This document shows positions 1 to 9,364 of a stretch of DNA of 64,000 bases, one piece after another. Origin of the DNA: an uncultured Gammaproteobacteria bacterium (GTDB taxonomy: Bacteria > Pseudomonadota > Gammaproteobacteria > JAKDMP01). The translations under genes were made by a program, and so were the position numbers. The notes beneath the pieces were generated by a model. It was given only the letters and a program-made list of their open reading frames with translations. It was not told the origin of the DNA and did no database searches. The DNA lies in contig CAZPJI010000004.1 in assembly GCA_964586925.1 (NCBI GenBank), positions 1,052 through 65,051 on the forward strand. Reading direction: 5' to 3'. Each line of letters opens with the position of its first letter. Positions within the stretch are counted from its first letter, which is position 1.

Positions 1-315
1 CTGCTCGGACGTACCTACGCCGAACCGACCGAATCGCTCCAAGACTATGTGCGCGATTTGTACGAACAGGTCTCCAACCGCTTCCAGGCCGCATTCCATA
101 AAACGCTCCCCGACTTGGACGCCAAGGAACTCTACTGGCGCCTGCATTTCATGGTCGGCACGCTGGCTTTTTGCATGAGCGGCCCTTACACCATGCGTCT
201 GATCGCCAGCTCGCATCTCGCTGACGAGCCCACGCCGATACTGATAGAGCGGCTGACGAAATTTCTCGTTGGGGGACTCAGCCCCGCCACGGCACTCTCG
301 CAAGCCACAGCCTGA
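1..315 (+). CDS. TetR-family transcriptional regulator, C-terminal part (5' truncated by window edge)
   Basis: Frame 1 is open from base 1: LLGRTYAEP...LYWRLHFMVGTLAF...LIERLTKFLVGGL, resembling the C-terminal domain of PsrA-like TetR proteins. Confidence 0.7.
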   Translation: MLGRTYAEPTESLQDYVRDLYEQVSNRFQAAFHKTLPDLDAKELYWRLHFMVGTLAFCMSGPYTMRLIASSHLADEPTPILIERLTKFLVGGLSPATALSQATA

Positions 316-322
316 GCCGAGT

Positions 323-1423
323 ATGCAAACGAGCAGCGACGGCCTTTACCTGGGACTGATCTCCGGTACCAGCCTGGACGGCGTGGATGCAGCTCTCATA
401 GAGAGAGCCGGACCGCGGGTGCGTCTCGTGCGGGCCACAACAACGCCATACCCTTCCATACTTCGGGAGAAGGTCCAGGCACTGGCCAGTGGCCGCGGCG
501 ACATCATCTCACTGTACCGCTGCGATATCGAGGTCGGAAACTTTTTCGCGGGAGCCGCTAACGACCTGCTCTCTGTGGCGGCCATTTCAGCGGAAAAAGT
601 ACGTGCCATCGGCAGTCATGGGCAAACGGTCTGGCATCAACCCCAGGATCATTTCAGCGTACAAATCGGGGATGGTGCCCGAATCGCTCAGCAGACCGGT
701 GTCGTTACTGTTTGCGACTTCAGGCGCGCCGATCTCGCCGTGAAGGGCGAAGGGGCACCTTTGGCACCCGCTTTCCACCAGGCAGTGTTCGCACAATTAT
801 CGCCCGTAGCCGTGCTCAACCTCGGCGGCATTGCCAACCTCACCCTGTTACGTCCCGGACAACCGCCGATTGCTTTCGACGTCGGACCGGCCAACACCTT
901 GCTCGACGCGCTGGCCCGCGAAACCACCGGCGAGGGTTGCGACCGGGGCGGCGCTCTCGCAGCCCAAGGCACCGTAGATCAAGTGTTGCTGGAGATGCTA
1001 TTGGCCGATCCCTGGTTTGATCTTCCTCCGCCCAAAAGCACCGGGCCGGAATACTTCCATCTGGACTGGGTCCGCCGGCACCGCCGTGCAAGCGAATTAT
1101 CGCCGCCCGAATTGGCCGCCACGTTAACGGCGTTGACCGCCACCAGCGTAGCCTCCGCATTGGAACGCCATGGCGACAAAGCCCGGACACTTCTCTTGTG
1201 CGGGGGCGGCGTGCACAATCCTCAGCTCGTCACGCAACTGCGTGAGGCCATGCCCGGCATAGACATCGAGGACACCTCGACTCGGGGGGTGGACCCAGAT
1301 TTCGTGGAAGCGATGTGCTTTGCCTGGCTGGCGGGAGAAACCCTGGCCGGGCGCCCGGGCAATCTGCCGAGCGTTACCGGAGCGCAAAGGCCTGTTGTGC
1401 TGGGTGCCATACATCACCCCTAG
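323..1423 (+). CDS. anmK: Anhydro-N-acetylmuramic acid kinase
   Basis: YLGLISGTSLDGVD, GSHGQT, DFRRAD, GEGAPL, LNLGGIAN, FDVGPAN and KSTGPEYF motifs; ATG at 323 (ORF track starts further upstream). Confidence 0.95.
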   Translation: MQTSSDGLYLGLISGTSLDGVDAALIERAGPRVRLVRATTTPYPSILREKVQALASGRGDIISLYRCDIEVGNFFAGAANDLLSVAAISAEKVRAIGSHGQTVWHQPQDHFSVQIGDGARIAQQTGVVTVCDFRRADLAVKGEGAPLAPAFHQAVFAQLSPVAVLNLGGIANLTLLRPGQPPIAFDVGPANTLLDALARETTGEGCDRGGALAAQGTVDQVLLEMLLADPWFDLPPPKSTGPEYFHLDWVRRHRRASELSPPELAATLTALTATSVASALERHGDKARTLLLCGGGVHNPQLVTQLREAMPGIDIEDTSTRGVDPDFVEAMCFAWLAGETLAGRPGNLPSVTGAQRPVVLGAIHHP

Positions 1424-1461
1424 TACGGTCCACGGGCTTTTAGGTAAACAACTGCGTAGAA

Positions 1462-1959
1462 TCACCCCCCGCCGAAGGCGTTCACCAGCGCTTCCTGCTG
1501 GTAGAGCGCATAGACCTGCGCTGCACCGGGTTGGGCCAATTCGAGCAAGCAAGCGGTGCCCTTGTCCATCACCACGCGCGCCCCGCTCAGCCAAGCTATA
1601 AGGCCCGACAGATCGGGTTCGTGACCGATCAGGGCAACCGGCCGGCCATCCCCTTCCCCCAACATTCGCGTCAAGGCCATGCGATCGAACCCCGGCGCCA
1701 GAAAGGATGTGGCCTCCGGCGGGGGCAAAGAAAGGGCGAAAGCCAGCAATCCGGCGGTTTCACGTGCACGGAGATAGGGGCTGGTATAAATCCGGCCGAT
1801 CTCGGGCAACAGTTGTGCCAATACCGCGCAAGCCTGTTCCGTCCGCTTGCGACCTGCCGGGGTCAGGCGCCGCTCGGCGTCACCTGCGTGGCCAAAACCC
1901 AGCGCTTCGGCCGGGCCATGGCGCATGACCAGAATGCGGGTACCGGGCCCGGCCGTCAT
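1462..1959 (-). CDS. sixA: SixA-like phosphohistidine phosphatase (histidine phosphatase superfamily)
   Basis: ILVMRHG, RRLTPAG, TSPYLRARETA and LIGHEPDL motifs; 165 aa. Confidence 0.85.
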   Translation of the reverse strand: MTAGPGTRILVMRHGPAEALGFGHAGDAERRLTPAGRKRTEQACAVLAQLLPEIGRIYTSPYLRARETAGLLAFALSLPPPEATSFLAPGFDRMALTRMLGEGDGRPVALIGHEPDLSGLIAWLSGARVVMDKGTACLLELAQPGAAQVYALYQQEALVNAFGGG

Positions 1960-1986
1960 GCGAGCCCCTTATGATCGTGCAGCTGA

Positions 1987-2340
1987 TCAGGCAGCGAAGG
2001 AGGAACCGCAACCACAGGTCGTGGTGGCATTCGGATTGCGGATGATGAAACGTTCGCCCTGCAAGTCTTCCGCGTAATCGATTTCCGCCGATTCCAGGTA
2101 GGGCATGCTCAACGCGTCGACCAGCAGGGTTACGCCTTCCTGTTCGAGACGATAATCATCTTCATTGACCTCGGTTTCAAAACCGAAACCATACTGAAAA
2201 CCCGAACAGCCACCGCCCGTTATGTATACGCGCAGCTTCAGTTCAGGATTGCCTTCTTCGGTAATCAACTGCCGGATGCGTGCACCGGCCGCACTGGTCA
2301 GCTTGAGCAGATTTTCTTCCATCGCGACATTTTCACTCAT
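1987..2340 (-). CDS. erpA: A-type Fe-S cluster insertion protein
   Basis: [17 protein letters not shown] ... [14 protein letters not shown]. Confidence 0.93.
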   Translation of the reverse strand: MSENVAMEENLLKLTSAAGARIRQLITEEGNPELKLRVYITGGGCSGFQYGFGFETEVNEDDYRLEQEGVTLLVDALSMPYLESAEIDYAEDLQGERFIIRNPNATTTCGCGSSFAA

Positions 2341-2352
2341 AGTTCAAACCTA

Positions 2353-2805
2353 TCACTGCTTGGCGTCCGCTGCAATCCCCGTCACGGTCTTGTCTTCCGT
2401 TTCCGGTTTGGCCGCGCCACCCGTCTGCTGGTGCTCCAGGGCCAGGCGTTCCTTGGCCGGCCGGTGGATGAGCTTGCCGTTGACCTCGGCGCCAGCCGCC
2501 ATTTCCAGCACGTTGTAGTAGACGTTGCCGTCGATGTGAGCCCGCGTGCCGAGCACCAGACGATTATCGGCGTATATGTCGCCTTCGACAATGCCGTTGA
2601 CGATAACGGTGCCGACATGTATCTCTCCCGACACACGGCCCTGCTCACTGATATCGAGCCGCGCCTGATCATCCGTCGCCTCGACATTGCCTTCAACACG
2701 CCCTTCCAAATGCAGTCCTCCGGCAAAACGCACGTCGCCGACAACCGCCGTACCCGTACCGATCAGCGTAGTAATTTGCGTGCCTCGCATTTGCGACTTT
2801 TTCAT
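2353..2805 (-). CDS. Bactofilin (polymer-forming cytoskeletal protein)
   Basis: TLIGTGTAVVGDVRF-G-LHLEGRVEGNV beta-helix repeats; LEMAAGAEVNGKL. Confidence 0.9.
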   Translation of the reverse strand: MKKSQMRGTQITTLIGTGTAVVGDVRFAGGLHLEGRVEGNVEATDDQARLDISEQGRVSGEIHVGTVIVNGIVEGDIYADNRLVLGTRAHIDGNVYYNVLEMAAGAEVNGKLIHRPAKERLALEHQQTGGAAKPETEDKTVTGIAADAKQ

Positions 2806-2834
2806 GTCTCAACGACCTCCTGGAATTTCTACCT

Positions 2835-3608
2835 TCAACTGCTGAACGTGGGCCAATTGAAACTGGCCCGGGTGGTGCCCTTGCCCTTTACGTCAACGCT
2901 CACATCTATCTCGTGCGGCGTGAAGTCGTGAGGCAACCGCAGGGCGCCGGACAGGTTCGTGAAATAGCGTAACGTAAATTTCAGAGGATCGGGGGTGTTG
3001 GGGGATACGGACGCCAGCGAAAGGCGGACCGTCTTGCCGTTGCGCTCACCACTCACGGTCACCGTGCAGCTGCCGTGCAAGGGGGGCTTGGTTTTGTCAT
3101 CCGCCCTTATCAGCACAATCTGGAAACGGAATGCCCTGCTGGATCCGTCAGGCAGCACCTGCAGACCGGCGATGCGCACCGCGGCATCGGCCGATGGCGG
3201 GGCAACGATACCGCGATAGAATGCCAGTTGCCGCTGCAGGTCGTTCAGCTGGCCCTGTTGTTTTATCAAACTCTTTTTGACCTCGGTGGCGCTTTGGTTG
3301 GCGAGTTTTATGGAATGTTCCAAAAATGACACCCGAAGGCGTAAACGGGCGTTTTCGCTGGACTCTTTTTCCAGCGCTTTTCCGGCCTGGGCCAGTTGGG
3401 CCGCAGCCTTGAAATGCAGATAACCGCCGCGGCGTTCTCCGTACCAGTACGTAACCACCAGCGCCATCAGCAATACCAGTACACCCATGGCAAGGTAGAA
3501 ACGGCGCAAGCCCGGACGGTGATGACGGACAATAAGAGATTTTTTCAATTGCGCCCCAAGTGTCTGCCAAAAAAGCCATTTTACCTGCCTCGTGAGACCT
3601 GTCCGCAT
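2835..3608 (-). CDS. Conserved hypothetical membrane-anchored coiled-coil protein (DUF6776-like); true start possibly TTG 3548
   Basis: N-terminal TM helix, coiled coil, LAFYRGIV motif, beta-rich C-terminus (FTLRYFTNLSG); typical neighbour of bactofilin-erpA. Confidence 0.7.
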   Translation of the reverse strand: MRTGLTRQVKWLFWQTLGAQLKKSLIVRHHRPGLRRFYLAMGVLVLLMALVVTYWYGERRGGYLHFKAAAQLAQAGKALEKESSENARLRLRVSFLEHSIKLANQSATEVKKSLIKQQGQLNDLQRQLAFYRGIVAPPSADAAVRIAGLQVLPDGSSRAFRFQIVLIRADDKTKPPLHGSCTVTVSGERNGKTVRLSLASVSPNTPDPLKFTLRYFTNLSGALRLPHDFTPHEIDVSVDVKGKGTTRASFNWPTFSS

Positions 3609-3673
3609 GGAAACGGTTCCGGCACCTCGCGGCAGTGCTTTTATAATGCTCCGGCACCTATTGGAGCCAAGCC

Positions 3674-4087
3674 ATGCGTTGGGTACTCGCGTTTCATATT
3701 ATTTTCATGGTGACCTGGTTTGCCGGCCTGTTTTACCTGCCGCGCCTGTTCATATACCACACGGCCGCAACCGACAGCGCCTCGCTCGAACGCTTTACCA
3801 TCATGGAACGGCGTCTCTACTACATCATGACCATCGGCGCCGTGGCCACCATCGCCTTCGGCATCTGGCTCGTCGCGGCCTGGTTCTGGCCGATGCCGGC
3901 CTGGCTGGTCGTGAAACTGATACTGGTCGCAGGACTCTTGGGCTACCACTTCTACTGCAAGCGCCTGATCACGCGGATGGCCCGCGGGGAACGCCCCCAT
4001 TCAGACCGCTTTCTGCGCTATTTCAACGAGATCCCCGGCCTGTTCCTGATCGCGATCGTGATCCTCGCCGTGATCCAGCCTTTTTGA
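3674..4087 (+). CDS. hemJ: Protoporphyrinogen IX oxidase HemJ (CopD family)
   Basis: AFHIIFMVTWFAGLFYLPRLFIYH, MERRLY, WLVVKL, FNEIP. Confidence 0.92.
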   Translation: MRWVLAFHIIFMVTWFAGLFYLPRLFIYHTAATDSASLERFTIMERRLYYIMTIGAVATIAFGIWLVAAWFWPMPAWLVVKLILVAGLLGYHFYCKRLITRMARGERPHSDRFLRYFNEIPGLFLIAIVILAVIQPF

Positions 4088-4667
4088 CCCGGTATGGACT
4101 GCGGGGCGCCCGCCAACGCCGTTCGCCATCGTTGTTGTGCGTACGGTCCCGTGCCGGCTGGCGGCGGGGCGGGCCATCGGGAAAGGCCAGTTGAGCCAAC
4201 TCGGTCAAAGCCAGCTCGTAAACCCGGCGCTTGAAGAAGATAATGTCTGATAACGGATGCCACCACGAGACCCAGCGCCAATGATCAAACTCGGGGTGAT
4301 CCACTGCATCGAGGCGTATGGCCGATTCTTCGGCCCTGAGACGGAGCAGAAACCAAACCTGTTTCTGGCCGATACACCGGGGCGTTGCCCGCTGGCGCTG
4401 GTAGCGGTGCGGCAGGCGATAACGCAACCAGCCCTCGGTGCGCCCGACAAGCTGGACATCGTCCATGCCCAGGCCCACTTCCTCATGCAATTCACGGTAA
4501 AGCGCCTCTTCCGCGGTTTCGCCGAGGTCAATCCCCCCCTGCGGGAACTGCCAGCCACGATTACGGGTGCAACGTGCCCACAGCACGTCGCCGTTTTCGC
4601 GGGCCACGATAATGCCCACGTTGGCCCGGAACCCGTCGGCATCGATGGTTTCGATAATTCTTTCCAT
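4023..4667 (-). CDS. rppH: RNA 5'-pyrophosphohydrolase
   Basis: IDADGFRANVGII, WQFPQGGI..ETAEEALYRELHEEVGL Nudix box, CIGQKQVWFLL, EFDHWRWV, FKRRVY. Confidence 0.93.
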   Translation of the reverse strand: MERIIETIDADGFRANVGIIVARENGDVLWARCTRNRGWQFPQGGIDLGETAEEALYRELHEEVGLGMDDVQLVGRTEGWLRYRLPHRYQRQRATPRCIGQKQVWFLLRLRAEESAIRLDAVDHPEFDHWRWVSWWHPLSDIIFFKRRVYELALTELAQLAFPDGPPRRQPARDRTHNNDGERRWRAPRSPYRVKKAGSRRGSRSRSGTGRGSR

Positions 4668-4744
4668 GGCGCGCATGACTCGCGCTTTCATTACCCGGCA
4701 GTATATGGCATAAGTGCCGGCCCGTTCCCGGGAGCCGGCCTGTA

Positions 4745-5758
4745 ATGGCTGCGGAGCTTGCCTACAGCGTCCATCGCCCCATCAGGCGCGGGGCTGCGCT
4801 GGTGCTGATTCTTGCAATCGGTGCTGCCGCCGCGCTGCTCATGTCCCTGTTCGTAGGCAGCGTATACGTGACCCCAGGGGCGGTGCTGGCTGCGCTCACC
4901 GGGCACGGCAACGCACTCGACCACACGCTTGTGCTGGACTTGCGCCTCCCCCGGGCCCTGGCTGCGTTCTCAACCGGTGCGCTCTTGGGGCTGGCCGGAG
5001 CTTTGATGCAGGTGCTGCTGCGTAATCCGCTGGCAGACCCGTACGTGCTCGGGGTTTCCGGCGGTGCGGCCACGGGCGCCTTGATCGCGCTGCTCGCGGG
5101 CCTCGGCACCACGGCGGCCACGGGCACGGCGTTCGCCGGAGCGCTCGTCAGCACGCTGATCGTCTTCGTGTTGGCGCATGGCCGCGGCAGCTGGGCGCCC
5201 ACGCGCCTGTTGCTCACCGGTATCGTCATGGCCGCCGGCTGGGGGGCGGTCGTCAGTCTGCTGCTGGCGCTCAGTCCGGATGCCACGTTACGCAGCATGC
5301 TGTTCTGGATGATGGGAGACTTGGCCTATCGCTCAGCCTGGCATTTGCCGCTGGTGGTGATGATGGCGGCATTGCTGATCGCAATGCCTTTTGCGCGCAC
5401 CTTGAACGTCCTCGCGCGTGGAGAGTTACCCGCCCGCGCCCTCGGCGTGCCGGTCCAGGCCGTCAACATCGGCATTTACCTCCTGGCATCGTTGATTACG
5501 GCGGTCGCAGTCGTGGAGGCCGGCACTATCGGTTTCGTCGGCCTTATCGTGCCGCACATGATCCGCCTCACCGGCGGCGCCGATCATCGTCTGGTATTGC
5601 CGGGCGCCGCGCTCGGCGGCGGCCTGCTTTTAACGGTCGCGGACATGGTCGCCCGCTCCGTGGCCGCACCACGCGCACTGCCGGTTGGCGTGATTACCGC
5701 AGCAATCGGTGTCCCCTTGTTTCTTTACTTGCTGTTACGCACGCGCACACTGAAATGA
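4745..5758 (+). CDS. FecCD/BtuC-family ABC permease (cobalamin or iron-chelate)
   Basis: LRLPRAL, QVLLRNPLADPYVLGVSGGA, FWMMGDL, GELPARALGV, IGFVGLIVPH, PVGVITA. Confidence 0.9.
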   Translation: MAAELAYSVHRPIRRGAALVLILAIGAAAALLMSLFVGSVYVTPGAVLAALTGHGNALDHTLVLDLRLPRALAAFSTGALLGLAGALMQVLLRNPLADPYVLGVSGGAATGALIALLAGLGTTAATGTAFAGALVSTLIVFVLAHGRGSWAPTRLLLTGIVMAAGWGAVVSLLLALSPDATLRSMLFWMMGDLAYRSAWHLPLVVMMAALLIAMPFARTLNVLARGELPARALGVPVQAVNIGIYLLASLITAVAVVEAGTIGFVGLIVPHMIRLTGGADHRLVLPGAALGGGLLLTVADMVARSVAAPRALPVGVITAAIGVPLFLYLLLRTRTLK

Positions 5759-6522
5759 ACGCGTTGCTCACATCCCGTGGCTTGCAGGTTTGCCGGGGCG
5801 AACGCCAATTGGTGTCGGATTTCGACTTCGATCTGAATGCCGGTGAACTGGTGGCTGTCGTGGGCCCCAATGGTGCCGGCAAGTCGAGCTTGCTTACGGC
5901 CCTGGCCGGGCTGTTGCCCGCGGGCGGGGATATCTTTCTCCGGGGCAGAGCGCTGGGTAAACTGTCGCGCCGCCAAATCGCACGGCACCTCGCTTTCCTT
6001 GCCCAGGACAATGAAGATCCTTACCCCGCGACGGTCATCGAAACCGCACTGATCGGACGACATCCGCATATCGACTTCTGGCGCTGGGAATCAACGGCCG
6101 ATCGCCGGCGGGCACTCAAGGCACTGCGCGCCGTAGGACTCGCCGAAGCCGCGAACCGCCAGGTGGCGACTCTGTCGGGCGGCGAACGCCGTCGGCTGGC
6201 TATCGCCACACTGCTCAGCCAGGCGCCGCGGGCCTACCTCCTCGATGAACCGCTGGAAGCACTGGATCTGGCGTTCCAGGTCAAACTCCTGAGACTCATG
6301 CGGCATCTGGCGGCATTGGGCGGCGTCGGGGTGATGTTCAGTCTGCACGACCTGTCTTTGGCCGCACGCCATGCCGACCGCGTGATCCTGCTGGATGGAT
6401 GCGGGGGAACGGCACTTGGAAAGCCCGAAGCCGTACTGAAACCCGGCGATCTCGGCAATATTTACGGCTGTGCTATCCGGCGCGTCGAAATCGAGGGTCT
6501 GCCTTTTTACGTGGCACGCTGA
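5755..6522 (+). CDS. ABC ATP-binding subunit (BtuD/FecE-like)
   Basis: GPNGAGKS, LSGGERRR, LLDEP, LHDL; 4-bp overlap with the permease. Confidence 0.92.
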   Translation: MNALLTSRGLQVCRGERQLVSDFDFDLNAGELVAVVGPNGAGKSSLLTALAGLLPAGGDIFLRGRALGKLSRRQIARHLAFLAQDNEDPYPATVIETALIGRHPHIDFWRWESTADRRRALKALRAVGLAEAANRQVATLSGGERRRLAIATLLSQAPRAYLLDEPLEALDLAFQVKLLRLMRHLAALGGVGVMFSLHDLSLAARHADRVILLDGCGGTALGKPEAVLKPGDLGNIYGCAIRRVEIEGLPFYVAR

Positions 6523-6543
6523 ATACTCTCGCTTCTGCCAAAA

Positions 6544-6571
6544 GAAAGGCGGACCCGTGGGCCCGCCTTTC
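6544..6571. terminator. Rho-independent terminator between convergent genes
   Basis: gaaaggcggaccc-gt-gggcccgcctttc stem with one mismatch; on the minus strand it is followed by ctttctttt, so it mainly serves the protease gene. Confidence 0.75.
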
Positions 6572-6593
6572 ATGACCTGCCGCCGGCGGCTTA

Positions 6594-8816
6594 TCAGGAA
6601 CGCTTGCGTAAAGCCAACAAGCCGGCCAATGCCATTAGCCCGGCGAGCGTACCGAAGCCGAGCGCGCCACCACCGCCGCCACCCGATGAGGGCGGCGCCG
6701 TAACTGTGACGGTTGCGGTGTCATCAGTACTTTGCAGCGAATCACCACAAGTGAACGTCACCGTATAAGTACCTGCATTCATGTACTTAACGGCGGGTGG
6801 AGTCAACTGAGCGGAATCCGCAACACCTGAACCGGTGCCGAAGCTCCATTTGTAATTCAGCGTATGGGTCCCCGCATAGTTACAGCTCGCCTTGAACTGG
6901 ATACTCTTGCCTGTCTGAACGTTGATCGGAGAACCCGTCGGCGATGTGATGGCCGCCGTGATCGGCGAATCTAGCGAAGCAGCGGCGGCCGCGGCATCGA
7001 TCAGACCCGCACCGGCTTCATCCGCCGTCGGGGAACCATTAATAGCACTCATGCTGGCACTATCCATGATGATCTGCTTCCACTGTGCAGCGGTGTTGGT
7101 GCTGCTGGGCAAGGCGCTGCGCAACAGGGCAAGCACGGAAGCAACATTCGGCGATGCCGCGGAAGTGCCGTAGAAATAAGCTCCCCCGCCGGTTCTCGGA
7201 GACCCGAAACCACCCGCTCCGCTGACGGTAACTCCGTCCACGCCGGTAATGTCCGGCTTCGCTACCGACGTCGTCCCGTTCAGCCAGTCTCCGCTGATGT
7301 AAGGCCCGTTCTGGCTGAAAGTTTCCAAATTAACGCTCGCGCCCGTCGTACTCAGATGCGCGGCGGCCGCTGAAATCAACTCGGGCATTGCCGACTGGCC
7401 GTACATGCCGCCGCTGGACTTCACCGAGAAGGAGCCTGCGCCATCCAGCAAGCCCGTCAGCTTGACCAACAGATTCGACGTCTGGTTGCAGACGTAGCAC
7501 ATGACCACCAACTTAAGCGTTTGCGGCCCGCCTGTCGTGTCCGTGTACTGAACGAATTCAGCAGGCGGATTCCAGGTGACTGAACTGGGGCTGTAGTTGA
7601 TATCCGATTTCTGATCGTAGGTACTGGCGTCGAGAATATTGTTGTTGCTGTCGAGCAGGTAAAGATCCAAGTCGTCATACGGTCCATTGAGCGGATCATT
7701 CCAAGTCAATAGAAATGCGGTCGAATAATTCGCCGGCACTTTGCCGATATATACCGTCTCGTATGCGCTGCCACCAATATCCATCGCAGACTGGTAGGTA
7801 CGTGGCGTCGTCACACCGCCCGGCTCGACCGAGCTCGCCGAGGGCGCAGGTGTCAATGAAATGGGCACGGTCGCGCTGCTGGGCGCGTAGGTCGCCTGGT
7901 AATAGTCCTGACGATCATTGCCCACGGCCGTGACCAGTGAAATATTCGGGTTGTTCTGGGCGAAATTCTTGATTGCGGCGGCAAATGTCGTCGTAATCGG
8001 GTTGTTGTTGAAAAATGTATTCGGAAAACCCAGATCGTCGGAGATGATATCGGCCCCCCAGGCGGCAAAGTCCTGGTAGCAAGTCACGAAATCAACCGAC
8101 GTATTTGGCCCGCAGAAACCCAGCGAGGCCTGCGGCGCCATCGCATGGACTTCCTCGAGCATGGCCGTGCCCTCATCGCCACTGCCCGGAAAGCTCGAGT
8201 CGACCCATACGGTGCCGGGCAAATAGCCGGCTGTTTGGGAACTGGAAATGCAGTCGGCACCGTCGGAGATGATGCCAACCTTGACGCCACTGCCCTTGGT
8301 ACCCGCGGTATGCAAGTTCGAGACGTTTTCGGCGGTAATTCCTTCGTGGTCGATTGCAAGCCCCGACTGAACAGACGTGCAGCTATCCGCACGCGGTTGG
8401 ATGCCTCCCAACCCACGCATGACCGCATAGTCAGGCAAACCGATACGGGTTACACCGGTCATGTTCGCAAGCTGCTGCAGGCGCGAAATCGGCACCCAAG
8501 CCTGCACCACGCCGAGTGCCGCCCGGATATGGGTTGCACCCAGCATGACTAGTGACGAATCCCCAGGCCGCTGGCCGGGCTTGTAATGGATATAGACCTG
8601 TACTTCGCCACTGCTGTTTACATGCGGGTCAAAAATAGTGGTGCCGGCCAGATCACGTTTCTGATTGGCCATGCGCGTGACGATCTGTGGAGAGCGGGCA
8701 TATTCTGCGGACAATTTAGCCAGTCTGGGCGACAGGCCGCCCGCGTAGGCACTGTTTACCATGACCGCGGTTCCAAGAATGGCTGCGGCGCCAACCGATA
8801 GTTTGCTGATTTTCAT
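6594..8816 (-). CDS. Secreted S8/S53-like serine peptidase with propeptide, PKD domain and GlyGly-CTERM anchor
   Basis: Signal peptide ending AYA; GIISDG (Asp), DEGTAM (position of HGT), AVGND, YGTSAASP (Ser); PKD (YKWSFG...YMNAGTYTVTFT); C-terminus SSGGGGGGALG-TM-RKRS. Confidence 0.88.
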   Translation of the reverse strand: MKISKLSVGAAAILGTAVMVNSAYAGGLSPRLAKLSAEYARSPQIVTRMANQKRDLAGTTIFDPHVNSSGEVQVYIHYKPGQRPGDSSLVMLGATHIRAALGVVQAWVPISRLQQLANMTGVTRIGLPDYAVMRGLGGIQPRADSCTSVQSGLAIDHEGITAENVSNLHTAGTKGSGVKVGIISDGADCISSSQTAGYLPGTVWVDSSFPGSGDEGTAMLEEVHAMAPQASLGFCGPNTSVDFVTCYQDFAAWGADIISDDLGFPNTFFNNNPITTTFAAAIKNFAQNNPNISLVTAVGNDRQDYYQATYAPSSATVPISLTPAPSASSVEPGGVTTPRTYQSAMDIGGSAYETVYIGKVPANYSTAFLLTWNDPLNGPYDDLDLYLLDSNNNILDASTYDQKSDINYSPSSVTWNPPAEFVQYTDTTGGPQTLKLVVMCYVCNQTSNLLVKLTGLLDGAGSFSVKSSGGMYGQSAMPELISAAAAHLSTTGASVNLETFSQNGPYISGDWLNGTTSVAKPDITGVDGVTVSGAGGFGSPRTGGGAYFYGTSAASPNVASVLALLRSALPSSTNTAAQWKQIIMDSASMSAINGSPTADEAGAGLIDAAAAAASLDSPITAAITSPTGSPINVQTGKSIQFKASCNYAGTHTLNYKWSFGTGSGVADSAQLTPPAVKYMNAGTYTVTFTCGDSLQSTDDTATVTVTAPPSSGGGGGGALGFGTLAGLMALAGLLALRKRS

Positions 8817-8845
8817 TGACTCCCTCTAGGTGATTCCTGTTTGGC

Positions 8846-9364
8846 TTACTTGGGAAAACCATAGGCCGGCGGTGTAATCCGCACGACATCCGGTAATTTC
8901 GAGATGCGTTTCAATGCACTGGGGGTGGCCCAGACCTGATAGACCTTCATCGTTGCCACACCGCGCTCGATCGTCGCACCCGTTCCTGCCAAACGGGATT
9001 CGGTTGCTGCGTCGACATGGTTGACATAGATATAGACTTGGATCTGCTTCTTCGCATTGATATGGATACGCGAGTTGGACAGCGCCTTTGCAGCACTCCC
9101 GTCAGGCGCAGCCTGCACTTGCTTGACCATGGCTGCCAGCCCCGGGGTGAGCTTCGCCCAGCCTTGGGACACAGCCGGACTTGCTGCAGTCGATGTGGTG
9201 GGTTGTTCGGATATGGCCGGTTGTTCGACGGTGCTAGCCGCCGCTACCGTGCGCGGAGGCGGAGGCGTCGCCTTTGACGGTTGCCTAGCGGACGAGCCGT
9301 CATGACAGCCTGCCAGCGCCAAAGTTAACAAAATGCCCAGCCCTAGGCTAATGTGTTTATGCAC
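8846..9364 (-). CDS. Lipoprotein homologous to the propeptide of the adjacent subtilase (GTG start 9364 inferred; ORF track 9391)
   Basis: Lipobox LALAG-C, P/T/S/A-rich linker, then a domain that aligns by eye with the neighbouring protease prodomain. Confidence 0.75.
   Translation of the reverse strand: MHKHISLGLGILLTLALAGCHDGSSARQPSKATPPPPRTVAAASTVEQPAISEQPTTSTAASPAVSQGWAKLTPGLAAMVKQVQAAPDGSAAKALSNSRIHINAKKQIQVYIYVNHVDAATESRLAGTGATIERGVATMKVYQVWATPSALKRISKLPDVVRITPPAYGFPK

Noticed and set aside
4668-4744. Cobalamin riboswitch upstream of the BtuC-like gene
   Set aside because: The intergenic space is too short and no B12-box is visible.
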